From Paragordius varius (lineage: Eukaryota > Animalia > Nematomorpha), in NCBI GenBank assembly GCA_964247055.1, contig OZ176052.1, positions 5,146,001-5,210,000 of the forward strand: a stretch of DNA of 64,000 bases, in the 5' to 3' direction. Shown here piece after piece: positions 1-12,264 of this stretch (positions within the stretch are counted from its first letter, which is position 1; each line of letters opens with the position of its first letter). The notes under the pieces were generated by a model. That model worked only from the letters and a program-made list of their open reading frames with translations. It was not told where the DNA came from and ran no database searches. Both the position numbers and the translations under genes were made by a program.

Positions 1-228
1 GATTAGGCGGTTGTTTTTATCAATAACATTTTTTATATAAATCATAGCTGAATTTTCGATACATCATTATTTTACCATGACCGCATTATTAAACAACAAA
101 TTACCTTATAAGGGTATCTACCCTAAAGCAGTTTTAAATTTCAATATCTTTGAAAGTGTCCATGATATTGGTGTTTAAATTAAAAAATAATATATTACCC
201 TACAAATAAAATTCTTTTTTTACCATAG

Positions 229-3076
229 ATTAGCGGAAAAAGATGAGGGCTTCATGAAACTTGAAAAATCTATTAACCCGTTGCTGGACGAAGATGACCA
301 GGTTGCGCTTTCATTCATTTTTGAAAGCATTGTACGGGATCGCCTCTTGTCAATGAATCAATTCCGTGTTTTTCACAGTCCAGTTAATCCCAAATTATTA
401 CCCGATTATCATATCAAGGTTAAACGACCTATCGATTTGGAGACAATTGCTAATCGTACCAAAAAACATTATTATTCAAACAGGAACACTTTCCTTGCCG
501 ATATAAGACGCATTGCAAGTGAGAATATATCGATACATATAATACGATAATTTTTTGACATGTAGCGTACATTTTATAACCCTTTTTTATTTACAACACA
601 TAATATAACAAATAGCAAACAGTGAAATTTATAATGGTCCTCAAAGTCCATTTACCGAGTTGGCGTGGAAAATTTATAAAATAGCGGAGGAAGAGATTGC
701 CCTTCAAGATGAACAAATTTCTGAGCTTGAGCGATCCTTGTTACTAATAACTGATTATGGGAGCAATACAATGGCCCTTGATACGGCTTCTGGTTTTGAT
801 GATGTCTCATCGATTCCATCGCTGACAAATAGTACAAACACTTTTGATGATTTTACACAAAACATATCAGCCGATGAAGATGAAACAATCATAGGCTCAT
901 CTCTTAACGAAAATGCTAGGGAACACATCCCTGAACTCTTGCTCGCTAGTGAAACAGAGGAACCAATCATAATGGATGATAGTGAGAGTCGCATGAGTTA
1001 CGGTATGGAATCTGAAACGAATTTTGACATTACTGCTACGTCTTGCGTAATGGATTCATCACAACCAGCCATAGCCAATGAATTTTCTAATCCTCCTCTC
1101 CCCTTACCCATTGCAGATCAATATGATACAATGATGTATAATCACGAGGAAACGGATGAGTTAACACGTCATATTCTGCCTCAAGAAACTCAAACAACAA
1201 TGTTTGAGGAGACAAATGGTAAATTTGGATTTGTTTTCTTAACAAATAAATTTAGCTTTTTAATGATTTACAATAACAAACTATTTTAAACCGGGTTGTT
1301 TGCATAATTAATAGAGCCTCCCCCATTTTCATAATGGGCTTTTTAAAATAGACAGTTTCCATAAAGTAATTTCTCATTCAGATTATGTTCATTCTGATTC
1401 TTATACATCATAATTTTTAAGTTGTCAAAAAATTTATTTATCTTTACCTTTATATAAATAATAATATATTTTTATACAAAAAACTGAGTTAATCAAAATT
1501 TCAATTTTATTTTTTTCACAAAAAACGATTAAGATGCGGATATTTATAATGGTGGTTATAGTAGGGGGCGGGAGGACACCTATGTAAAATGTAAATAATT
1601 TAAATAGATGGCATAATGGATCCGAATGAAGGTGAACATGATATAAAACAAAACGAAGATTCTTTGGCTATTCAGGATTTGCCTTCAACATCCTCCTCTG
1701 CATACATGTTGGCTTCTTACACCGATCAAACTGATCATGTAATTTCACCACAAGAAAATTTTGAACACATAATACAGGATACTTATAAATTTCCAGCGAA
1801 TGTCCAATCAGCTGATCAAGAAGCAAATGATGAGGAGGAGGACCCCTACATTCAATATTCTGGTATAAATTTTTTTGTTAAGTTATTAATGTCTGTGACA
1901 CATCAAGAAACCAGTTTTATTAAATTTAAGCCCTAATATATATATAAATGTTTTATAGATGATCCGAATATCGATCAGAATGCGAATAATTACAATTACT
2001 TGCGTGATCCACTATCTATACAATCCAAGTCTAACGCAGCATTTATATCACGTCCGACATCCCTTGAAGATACTCATGATTTCTCGCAGCAAGAATATAA
2101 TTTCACAGATAGGTACACTGTAAAATATATATTAAATCAAATTAATTGTCCTTAATACATGTATTAAAGAAAATACATGTATTCTAAAATTATTTTTTTA
2201 TTTATTTTTGAATAAGCCATTATTTAAGTACTATATTATTAAAAAAACTATCAAGACACTAAAACATCACTTTTGCATTTAGTAATAATATAAGAATATG
2301 ATAATGGCTATAATAATTTCTTCTTAAAATAAAATATGTAAAGATATCTTTAAAAAACGTTTCAAATCAAATTTTTTATATTAACGTCCATATAACCATA
2401 TCCACGAATCCGTTGACAGTAATATAACTCTCCAATCATTTGTATATATATTTTTTTGTGTTGAAATTCATAAATAAACATGGGTATAAAAATCAATTTC
2501 TTTTCTTTTATCAATTCAAAAATGGCACAGGCAAAACTTTCTTTTTAACTTTAATTAGGGGTAATATATTTTTGACTCTTAATTATTTTTATGCAAAGGT
2601 GATTTTTAATTCCTCTTTCAATATAAGATCGGTTTCGGTATTTTTTACGAGTTCAAAAGGTTAATGCAATAGGAACCTAATAATCTATGCCTTTAATACA
2701 AGTTTTATTTAAAATTAATCAAAAATTAACAGATTTTAATAATTACATAATTAGGAATTTACCAGAAGACGTTCCCTACGATTCTCAGTATCCAGATTAT
2801 CAAAGCAACAATCTATTTGGGCAAAACAAGTTTGATTTCGCTGCTGAGGAAGTTGTTGATAAAGTATATTTTACCAATTTTATATACACACTTCCAGTAT
2901 ACTATATTAGCATATTGGTCTTCCAGCTTTGTTACGCTATCATAATTCAAATAATTATATTTTTTAAAATTTAGCCGTCTCATATTGCTTACGCCGATTT
3001 AGAAGATGATTTGGATTTATCGGATGATGAAAATAATTTACCGCGTAATAAACGCGACAGTTTTGATGACCAATAA
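229..3076 (+). CDS. TAF1: TFIID subunit 1, 3' part (second bromodomain plus acidic tail), multi-exon; gene begins upstream of the window
   Basis: Exon 229-518 reads LAEKDEGFMKLEKSINPLLDEDDQVALSFIFESIV...FHSPVN...PDY...PIDLETI, the TAF1 '[21 protein letters not shown]' bromodomain-2 signature. Intron 519-615 restores 'NSEIYNGPQSPFT'. Further acidic exons lie at about 616-1218, 1608-1861, 1959-2112 and 2755-2862. Last exon 2975-3076 reads PSHIAYADLEDDLDLSDDE...DDQ*. Internal exon borders are less certain. Confidence 0.92.
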
Positions 3077-3496
3077 TTCAATATATATACATTAATTAAT
3101 TTATAATATATTTGCTTAATAAATTAGTAGAAAAATTATAATCGCGAAATCAATGGTTTTAGGAATTGTATTAATAAAAGGGAAATTATTAATGGATTCA
3201 GCATTTTATTGTAATTTGCTTTAATGTTGAATATGTAAATTATTAGGAAAGAATATGGGATATTTTTTGGCCTAAGTATTTTTAATTTGTAATAAAAATA
3301 TAATAGTAAAAGTATGGTCAAAAATTATTTTCAAGGCGTAAGATATTTAAATTTCGAATCGCTCTGGAATATAAAACAATACCAAAGGGTAATGGAGTGT
3401 TAAATTTTCAAACAATTAATTTTTTCGACAATCAACTATATTTTTTAAGTTTCATATAATTATCAGTCAAAATATGATACCCAATAATATTTTAAT

Positions 3497-6400
3497 TCAT
3501 TATTTTCATATACGGTATGATTAAGGCGATTGTTTTACAATTTGCATGCCTTTGCAAATCAAGAGACTATTTCGGTGTCCCTGACCTATGGAATTGCCTT
3601 TCTGGGCTTACGGAGTTCCATCTCCGCTTACATATATTACAAATTGGTTGTTTCTTGCAACTGGTTATAGCGCCAGATAAACCCGCTTTATCATCTGTGT
3701 GAATGCAGGTATTGTGGTATTTTATAGGAAAAAATAATGGTAGTTTATTTTTTCCACCACACCCCACACAGATGATTTCTTTCCTTTGCCGCTCCCGTTG
3801 GTATTAACCAGGGTGCACCACGCGGAGGTGGGAGTCGGACTTGACAACACTTTTAAACAATGATATATATTTTAAAAATGATAATATTAATCTTACAAAT
3901 AATTTTATTAATGATATTGATATATGTGATAAACTTAATTTTGATAATAATATTAATTTACATGATAACAATATTAATGCTCTCCTAAAAAACCACAAAC
4001 ATCAAAAAACACCCAACAATATGGTAAAACCACTTAAGATCGGCACTTGGAATATCTCGACGCTAGTCGGTAGATCAAACTTAGTTATCGACCAAATAAA
4101 AGAGAAAAACATTGACATCTGTTGCCTCCAGGAAACAAGATATAAATCTGAGGGAAAGCTGAATATAGATAACTATACAATTTTCTACAAAGGTCAAATG
4201 AAAGGCCAACATGGATTGGCTATAGCTATTAAAAATGAATATTGTGATAATATAATAGAAGTAAACAGACACAACGAAAGAATTATCCAAATACGTATCG
4301 GCTTTAAAAAACAAATTCTTAACATACTTTCCATCTATGCTCCCCAGTCTGGATTAAGCGAAGCAACTAAACAAGCCTTTTGGAACCAACTATACGACAT
4401 TTCCCATGCAATACCTCCAAATGACAAAATTTTTATAGGTGGAGATTTCAATTCCCACGTTGGCACTAATGGTGAAGACTATATGAGAATACATGGAGGA
4501 AACGCTTTTGGCAGCCGTAACAAAGAAGGTGATACATTATTAGAATACTGCGCATCTCTTAGACTTACTATCTGCAATACCCTCTTCACGAAACCAGCAA
4601 AGAAATTAATAACTTATACAAGTGGTAATCAAAATTCTATGGTAGACTACATTTTAACACCCATTCAAGATAGAAAATTCATTAAAGACTCTAAAACATA
4701 CCTTACTGACACGCAACATAAATTAATTGTAGCTATAATAACAATAAACAAATCCTATTACCATAGTAACCAGAAACCTAAAATAAACTTAGAAAAATTA
4801 CACCTTCCTGATCTTAAACTTTAACTCTCAGAAACTGTCAATGCATCGCTTAGCCTCAACCACAAAACATCTGAACAAGCTTGGGATAATTTTAAAAACA
4901 GCATCATCCCAAATGTGCTTAATTGCTGTGGCAGAAAGAAAATATACAGGAAAAAACAACAATCAAATTTGTGGTGGTCAGAATCCATAAAACCTTTAAT
5001 TAAAATTAAACGCAATAACTATAAAAGATGGAAACAAACAATAGATAAAAGAGACTTGGAATCATATATCAAATCAAATAAAAATTTACAACAAGCCATC
5101 AATATTTCAGCCAACAAAAAAGCTTTGGATTTAGCTCAAAAATTAGAACAAGACATGAAAAATCTTAAGATTTTTCGAACAATAAATTCAGTTAACAATA
5201 ATAAAAAGGACATTAAACAAATTTTTTATATTAAAGATAAAGATCAACAACTAGTAACTGAGTGGAGTGACATAAGCAATGTCTGGACAACGTATTACAA
5301 AGAACAATTTGCACAAAAACATGATTTTGAAACAATAAACCAACCACCAGCAATTGGTCCTCGACCACTGATAACAACAGACGATGTAAGAGAAACCTTG
5401 GCCAAGATGAAAAATAACAAAGCTAGAGGTCCATCTGAACTCAGCTGTGACATGATCAAAGCTTTACCACAATGCATTATACATTTAACTAACATATTCA
5501 ATCTAATCTTATCAACAAATCGCATCCCTAATGATTGGTCAAAAAGCACCATCATACCCATTTATAAAAACAAAGGAGACATACTCGTTTGCTCCTCCTA
5601 CAGACCACTAAAGTTATTGGAACACCCGTTAAAAATTTTTGAATCCATTATTGAATCAAAACTAAGATCAATCGTTAGTATACAGGAATCACAATATGCC
5701 TATAAACCAAACAGTAGCACAATTGATGCAATCTTCATTTTGAGAAGATTGCAAGAGAACTATTTAGCGAAAAATAAAAAACTATATCATGTTTTTATTG
5801 ATTTACAAAGGGCCTTTGATTGTATCCCCAGGAAGTTGATCACATCCACACTACGAGCCAATAATGTAGATGATTGGATAATTAAATCAATAGAAATGAT
5901 ATACTACAAAACAACAAACTGCGTCAGATTAACACTAGGTAACACAGCTTTTGTTCCAAACGAATCTGGTCTTCATCAAGGCTCCATCCTAAGCCCTCTA
6001 CTCTTCATTTTAATAATGGATTACCTAACAAAAGATATAAAACAAGGCCCACCATGGGAACTTATCTATGCGGACGACATTGTCGTCACCGCAACATCAA
6101 TGGAAGCATTAAATCAAAAGTACAACACATGGAAATCACACTTAGAAAAGGGTGGAATGAATATAAATATAAGCAAAACAAAGGTAATGATAACGGGTGA
6201 AACTGTATATGAACGACCTAAGTTTCCATGTGGAGTATGTGATTTAGATGTTAAACTCAATTCAATCCTATGTACATCATGCAATAAGTGGGTACACAAA
6301 AAGTGCTCGCTTATAAAAGGGAAACTAATCAATAATGACAAATTTATATGTGAATCATGTAAAAATAAAACAATAAATCACTCATCCACTTCCCTAAATT

Positions 6401-7008
6401 ACGTTTATATGGCAGACACCAAAATCGAATTGGTGAATAATTTCAAATACTTGGGTGATGTCATACATTGCCTAGGTGGAATAAACCAATCAGTTAAATA
6501 TAGATCCCAACAGGCCTGGGTAAAATATCATCAACTTAAATTTGTCCTCAAAAATAAATACATATCAGCAAAAAACAAAGGTTTGATTAACAAAGCCGGC
6601 ATACGTCCCATACTCCTGTATGGTTGCGAAACGTGGCCGATGACAGATTCAATCGAGAAAAAACTAATGAACTTAGAAAAACGGATATTAAACTTATTCC
6701 AACTCAATAAGTCAAATTCAAATTTACATCAACTCTACCAAATTGAACCTTTAAATGTCATGCTCAGAAAAAATAGGCTCAGATATTTCGGACACATCAA
6801 ACGTGCTCCAGAACAATGGACAAATAAAATTTTATCCCTACATCCCGAAGGTAACAATCGCAGGGGCAGACCAACATTCAACTGGGAAAAAACAATAAAT
6901 AATGATTTAAGTGTTGCCAACATTGATGATAACGCCTGGCAGGATCGCAAATATTACAGACAGCTTCTATACGGATACAATGGCTAGCCATTACACAAAG
7001 ACGATACG
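3497..7008 (+). mobile_element. Full-length RTE-clade LINE (copy A) with 14-bp target-site duplication
   Basis: AATAATATTTTAAT occurs at 3483-3496 and 7009-7022. Between them are a 5' UTR with GC-richer patches and a single APE+RT reading frame. Confidence 0.9.
3841..6987 (+). pseudogene. RTE-clade APE endonuclease + reverse transcriptase ORF with PHD-type finger, broken by one in-frame TAA (4822-4824)
   Basis: APE motifs GTWNISTL, CLQET, IYAPQ, GGDFNSHVG, SMVDYIL, TDTQH. RT motifs YRPLKLL, FIDLQRAFD, GLHQGSILSP, YADDI, FKYLG, YGCETW, RGRP. ORFs 3841-4824 and 4915-6987 share one frame and 4825-4914 is open. Likely start is ATG 4021. Confidence 0.92.
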
Positions 7009-8965
7009 AATAATATTTTAATATTTCCAATCATATATTTACAAAACTTAATCATATATTTCCAACAATCAAAATATGTTATATAATTTTCGACAAACAA
7101 ATATATTTCAACACTTAAATAATTTTGTTACAATATGAATAGGCCCAATAATATAGTGTTTCAAATAATCATATATTTCCATCAATAAAATATGATATCC
7201 AATAATATTTTAATGTTTCCAATATTCAACTAAATATTTCCAACAAACAAACAATTTTTCCTACAATCAAATATATTATTTCCAACAATCAAATAATATT
7301 TTCATCAACAAAATATGCTACGCAATAATATTTTAGTGTTTCCAACAAACATATATTTCCAATAATCAAATAATTTTTAAACAATCAAAATATAATAACG
7401 AACATACTTTTAATGTTTCCAACAATCATTTTTGACAATCTAAAAATATTACAAAAATTTTTAGTGTTTGCTACAATCAACCATATATTTCCGATTCAGA
7501 ATAATTTTTCAACAATCTGCAAAACCCAAATAATATCTTGACGTTTCCAACAACCAAAAATTTTTTGCAACAAAAATATCTTACACAATAATATTTAAAT
7601 GTTTTCAACAATAAAATTTTTTAACCAAAATATATTACCCAATAATATTAATGTTTTTAACAATCAAATAATTTTCCCAACAATCAATAATACCGATAAT
7701 ATTTTAAGGTTATTACAATCAACCATATATATCCAACAAATAATTTTTGTAAAAATATGTTACCCAATAATATTTTTATGTTTCCAACAATCAACCGTAT
7801 TTGCAGTCAAAATATTCAATAATATTATAATATTTCATAAATATTTTTAACAAACAAATAAAATTTACAAAAATCAAAATATAACCCCGAGATATTTTAG
7901 TATTTCCACCAATTAACCATAAATTTTCCACCAAAAAACAAATATATTGTTCATCAATCAAAATATGTTACACAATATTTTATTGTTTCTAACAATCAAC
8001 CCTATATCAACTATTAATAATAATTTCAACGATCAAAATATATAACCCAATAATATTTTAATGTTTCCAACAATCGAACAATTTTATCAATATATGTTAC
8101 CCAATAAATATTTAACTTTTTAAACACCAAATAATTTTTCCAACAATCTTATATCTTTTTTTAACAATCAAAATATGTCCTACAAAAATGTTTTAGTATT
8201 TCCAACAATCAAATATATGTTTCGATTCAAATAAATTCAACAATCAAAATATATATTTCCAATCAACTATATATTTGCAACAATCAAAATTTACAATCTA
8301 AATATATTATCCAATAATATTTTGGTATTTCTAGCAATAAAATATGCCTACAGTTCAAATTCACCCTTGAACGATTCAAATTCAAAAATAAATTATGTGT
8401 TTTCAAATATAACTCATTATTAATATGAAATATATCTTTATGGAATAGTTAATTATTTTTTCAGTATTATTTTAATTTAAAAGAAATTTTATATTTTAAA
8501 AATATAGATAAATTTTAAAAAACATAATTAATTTGATGGTGAATTTGAATTGTTCGAGGGTGAATTTGAATTGTTCAAGGGTAAATTTGAATTGTTTAAG
8601 GGTAAATTTGAATTGTAAACGATAAAATTTATTCAACAATCAAAATGTTTTATTTAATACCAACAATCAACCATATATTTCCATCTAAATAATATTTTCA
8701 ACAATGTAATATTAACCAATAATATTTAAATGTTTACCATACAACTATTTATTTCCAAAATAATTTATTAACGATCAAAATATATGACCCAATAATATAA
8801 TAATGTTTTCAACAATTCCAATAATATTTGCTGTTTCTAACAAATCAACCACCATATATTTCCAACAATCAACTATTTTGATATTTCCAACATTTAACTA
8901 TATATTTCCAACTATTAAATAATAATTTTTTAAATCAAAATATACTACCCAATACTATTTTACAA
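7009..8965. repeat. Degenerate minisatellite-like array (core TTTCCAACAATCAA / ATATTTT / CCCAATAATATTTTAA); continues at about 3410-3496 and 12265-12530
   Basis: Dozens of diverged copies of TTTCCAACAATCAA(A/C) with variable spacers and strong strand asymmetry. The same motif flanks both LINEs. Confidence 0.85.
8347..8620. mobile_element. MITE with subterminal ~20-bp tandem repeats (family also at 35247-35500 and 60519-60785); termini eroded
   Basis: Left TACAGTTCAAATTCACCCTTGAAC; right (GAATTTGAATTGTTCAAGGG)x4 then TGTAAA, in inverted orientation. Confidence 0.75.
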
Positions 8966-11900
8966 AAAATTGATTTTTTATTCATGCATGAAACCATGTG
9001 ATTGAAAGCGGCAAATTCAAGGATAGTATTATTTTATTATATTCTATAAATATATTTAAAAAATATGTTTCCTTTTAGTAATTATTAATCTTTTTCTTTG
9101 TTTTGTAGAGTTTTTATTTTATTTGTATAAGTATGTAATTTAAAGAGTAACATAATTCTTAAGTCATCAAAAATCATTGTTATACATATCTCTTTTTTTT
9201 TCTCTACTCCTTGGTGCCTAATTATTTTATTTTTACTAGCCTAGCCATAATTTCTTTATATTTTTCTTTTATGATTGCCAGACAGAGTGAAATATTAATA
9301 TTTATAATTTATCCAAATTAACAACATTTATAGATTACTCTTTAATTTTAATTATTCTAGATATTTATTTTTTCTAAAGAGGGTAAGTGAGAGGGAAGGC
9401 AATGGCAAACCACCCTCGTTTATTACTGCCAAAAAATAGTTTTTCTATATGAATTTAACAAGACAAAGTTGGATGCTGGAATGTACGTTCCTTAACATCA
9501 ACTAAACAGGTGATAATTGAAAAGGAAAGGAAAGATTGAACTTAGATATACTGGGTCTAACGGAAACCAAGCAAAAAGGTAGCGCGAAAGTACAAAACGA
9601 AAATTATACATTGTTAAGATCGGGGAGAGATGACCAGAAATCTGAAGGCGTTGCAGTATTAATAAAAAACAAATTAAATAAAAGTCTCATTAGTTATACA
9701 CCATATACACCCAGAATCATGAGTATTAGGCTGAATGCCAAGCCACTTAAATTTACATACATAGTAGTCTATGCTCCTACGTCAAACGCTCCCAAAGAAG
9801 ACATAGAGGACTTTTATGCAACGTTGCAAATAGTTTTGGATGAAACGAAGAAAGGAGATATGATTATCATAGGAGGGGATTGGAACAGCAAAGTCGGTAG
9901 AGGTAGAGTAGATCAAATAGTTGGCCCATATGGATTGGGAGAACGAAACGAGGCCGGTGAAGCACTGATCAATTTTTGTCAAGAAAATGAAATGATGATA
10001 ACCAACACATGGTTTCCACAACACAATAGGAGGTTGTACACATGGACCTCTCCATGTGGTAAATTTAAAAACCAAATTGATTACATAATATGTCCTCAAA
10101 AATGGAAAAGCTCTATAATCGATACCAAAACAAGCAAAAGCAGCGATTGCTCTAGCGATCATGAGCTTCTAGTAGCCAAAATCAAACTTAAAATAATTAA
10201 AAATAAGGTTAAGCAGATATACAGATATGACACTCGGAACATTCCAAATAGTTTTAGAACAGAAACAAAAGACAGATTAGAAAGTTTGGACAGTGAATGT
10301 AGCTCAGAACAATTATGGGGAACGATAAAAAATGTTGTTAATGAAGTGGCAAAAGAAAAAGTGCAGAGAGTAAAGAGGAAAGATAACAAATGGATATCAG
10401 AAAAGAGTTTAGAGATAGCAGAAAAGAGGAGAAAAGCTAAATTAAGAGGTGATAATAAAATGGTAAAATTATATAACAAAGAATTTCAACGACAAACAAG
10501 GAAGGATTATGAAGATTTCCTTAATAAACAATGTCTGGAAGTGGAATTAAATAACAAAAAAGGATTAATGCAACCAATGTTCCAGAAACTGAAGCAAATG
10601 ACTCATAAACCTTTTATATCATCCCAAAAGATTAAAAAAGAGAATGGCACCATATTGTGCAAACAAACAGAAGTACGAGAAAGATGGAAGGAATACACCC
10701 AAAAACTCTATCAGGCTCCTCAAACAAAGGTGTTGCAATTAAAAGAAGAAGAACGTGATCCAGATATATTAAGAGAGGAGGTTGAATTAGCCTTAAAACA
10801 AATTCCTAACAACAAAGCGACGGGATTAGACAATATCCCAATAAAGTTCATAAAAGCTATTCCCGTTGAAAAGTTACACCAGTTATGTCAAAAGGTGTGG
10901 GAAACATGTGAGTGGCCAAACGATTGGGCATCATCTGTATATCTCCCAATATATAAAAAAGGAAATGTACTCCAATGCGAGAATTATCGGAACATATCTC
11001 TTATTAGCCACGCTAGTAAGGTCTTACTAAAAGTAATACAAAACAGAATGCACAGTATCATACAGACAGAAATACCAGAAAATCAAGCCGGATTTATGAA
11101 GGGAAAAAGCACAAGAGACCATATCTCAAACATGAGAAGGATAATGGAAACATCAAAAGAGTTCCAGAAAGAATTATACATGTGTTTTATTGATTACAGA
11201 CAAGCATTCGATTCAATTAACTATGACTCCTTGTGGGAAACATTAAAGTTAGTAGGGGTATCGTCTCACTTAATAAGATTGATTAGCTCTCTGTATGTAA
11301 AACAAAGAGCGATTATTAGAACACCAGCGGGGGACACAGACGAAATACCAATCTTGAAAGGAGTCAGACAAGGGTGTTGCTTATCCCCTTATCTGTTTAA
11401 TATGTGCACAGAAATGATAATGAGGAAGTTGGATGGTAAAAATATTGGAGTAAGAATAGGAGGGAGAACAATCAATAATTTAAGGTTTGCAGACGATACC
11501 ACTCTTATAGCTGAAAGTGCAAATGATTTGAAGGAATTGATTGAAGAGATTCGAAAGGAAAGTTTGAGGTATGGTCTTAGGCTTAATCCTAACAAAACCA
11601 AAATATTATGTACAGGAAAAAAGCCTACAATTATAATAGAAGGAGTAGAAATAGAAATAGTTAAACAGTTAACGTTTTTGGGCGCAATAATTTCAGAGGA
11701 TGGGTCTTCAACTCCTAACATCAGAAAGAGAATAGGATTGGGTAGAGAAGCGATGACAAAATTAATAAAGATTTGGAAAAACAAAAGCGTAGGAGTTGAA
11801 ACCAAAAAAAGATTACTCTACTGTTTCGTTCTCCCGGTCACCACATATGGATGTGAGAGTTGGACTCTCAGAAAAAAGGACAAAGAAAGGCTCATGGCTT

Positions 11901-12264
11901 TTGAAAGGAGTTGCTGGCGTAGGATGCTAGGATACACCTGGAAGGATAAAATTAAGAATGAAAATCTAACTACAGAAATAAAACCTAAAACAAACATCAT
12001 GGAGATAATTCTAAAAAGAAAGTTAACATATTTTGGTCATGTCATGCGATCGAATTCTCTGGAGAAAGATACAATGTTTGGGAAGGTAGAAGGGCAAAGG
12101 AAACGAGGCCGACCACCGACGAGGTGGTTGGATATGATAAAATAAGAGACCAAAATGACACTGAAAGAGCTCAATATAGCGGTTAAAGATAGAAAAAAAT
12201 GGAAAGAAATAGTTAAAACTATATCCAAAAAGTCGTTTACGACTTAGGAAAAACCAACCAACCA
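8966..12264 (+). mobile_element. RTE/BovB-like LINE (copy B) with ~12-bp TSD and (AACC)n tail
   Basis: ACTATTTTACAA occurs at 8954-8965 and 12265-12276. The 3' tail is AAAAACCAACCAACCA. The RTE 5' motif GAAGGCAATGGCAAACCAC lies at 9395-9413. Confidence 0.85.
9465..12245 (+). pseudogene. RTE/BovB-like APE+RT ORF with a frameshift near 9529, a premature TAA at 12143-12145 and an apparent indel in the A-run near 12230
   Basis: KVGCWNVRS (9465, different frame) joins LNLDILGLTET. Motifs VYAPT, GDWNSKVG, NQIDYI, SDHELL, YRNISLISH, CFIDYRQAFD, GVRQGCCLSP, RFADD, YGCESW, YFGHVMR, RGRP. Homology continues past the TAA (ETKMTLKEL..DRKKWKEIV). Confidence 0.92.

Noticed and set aside
8530-8620. Regular ~20-bp direct repeats resembling a CRISPR array
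   Set aside because: No unique spacers; they are subterminal tandem repeats of a MITE family also seen at 35247 and 60519, in a eukaryotic context with no cas genes.
9391-9430. Calling the LINE B 5' motif a bona fide HDV ribozyme
   Set aside because: It lacks the 7-nt L3, P1.1, P4 and an identifiable catalytic C; kept only as a pseudoknot candidate.
4822-12145. In-frame TAA in both LINE ORFs suggesting stop-codon reassignment
   Set aside because: Host genes end normally at TAA/TAG right where homology ends (MCCC1, RACK1, TAF1, Tiki), and LINE B also has frameshifts; ordinary decay explains it.
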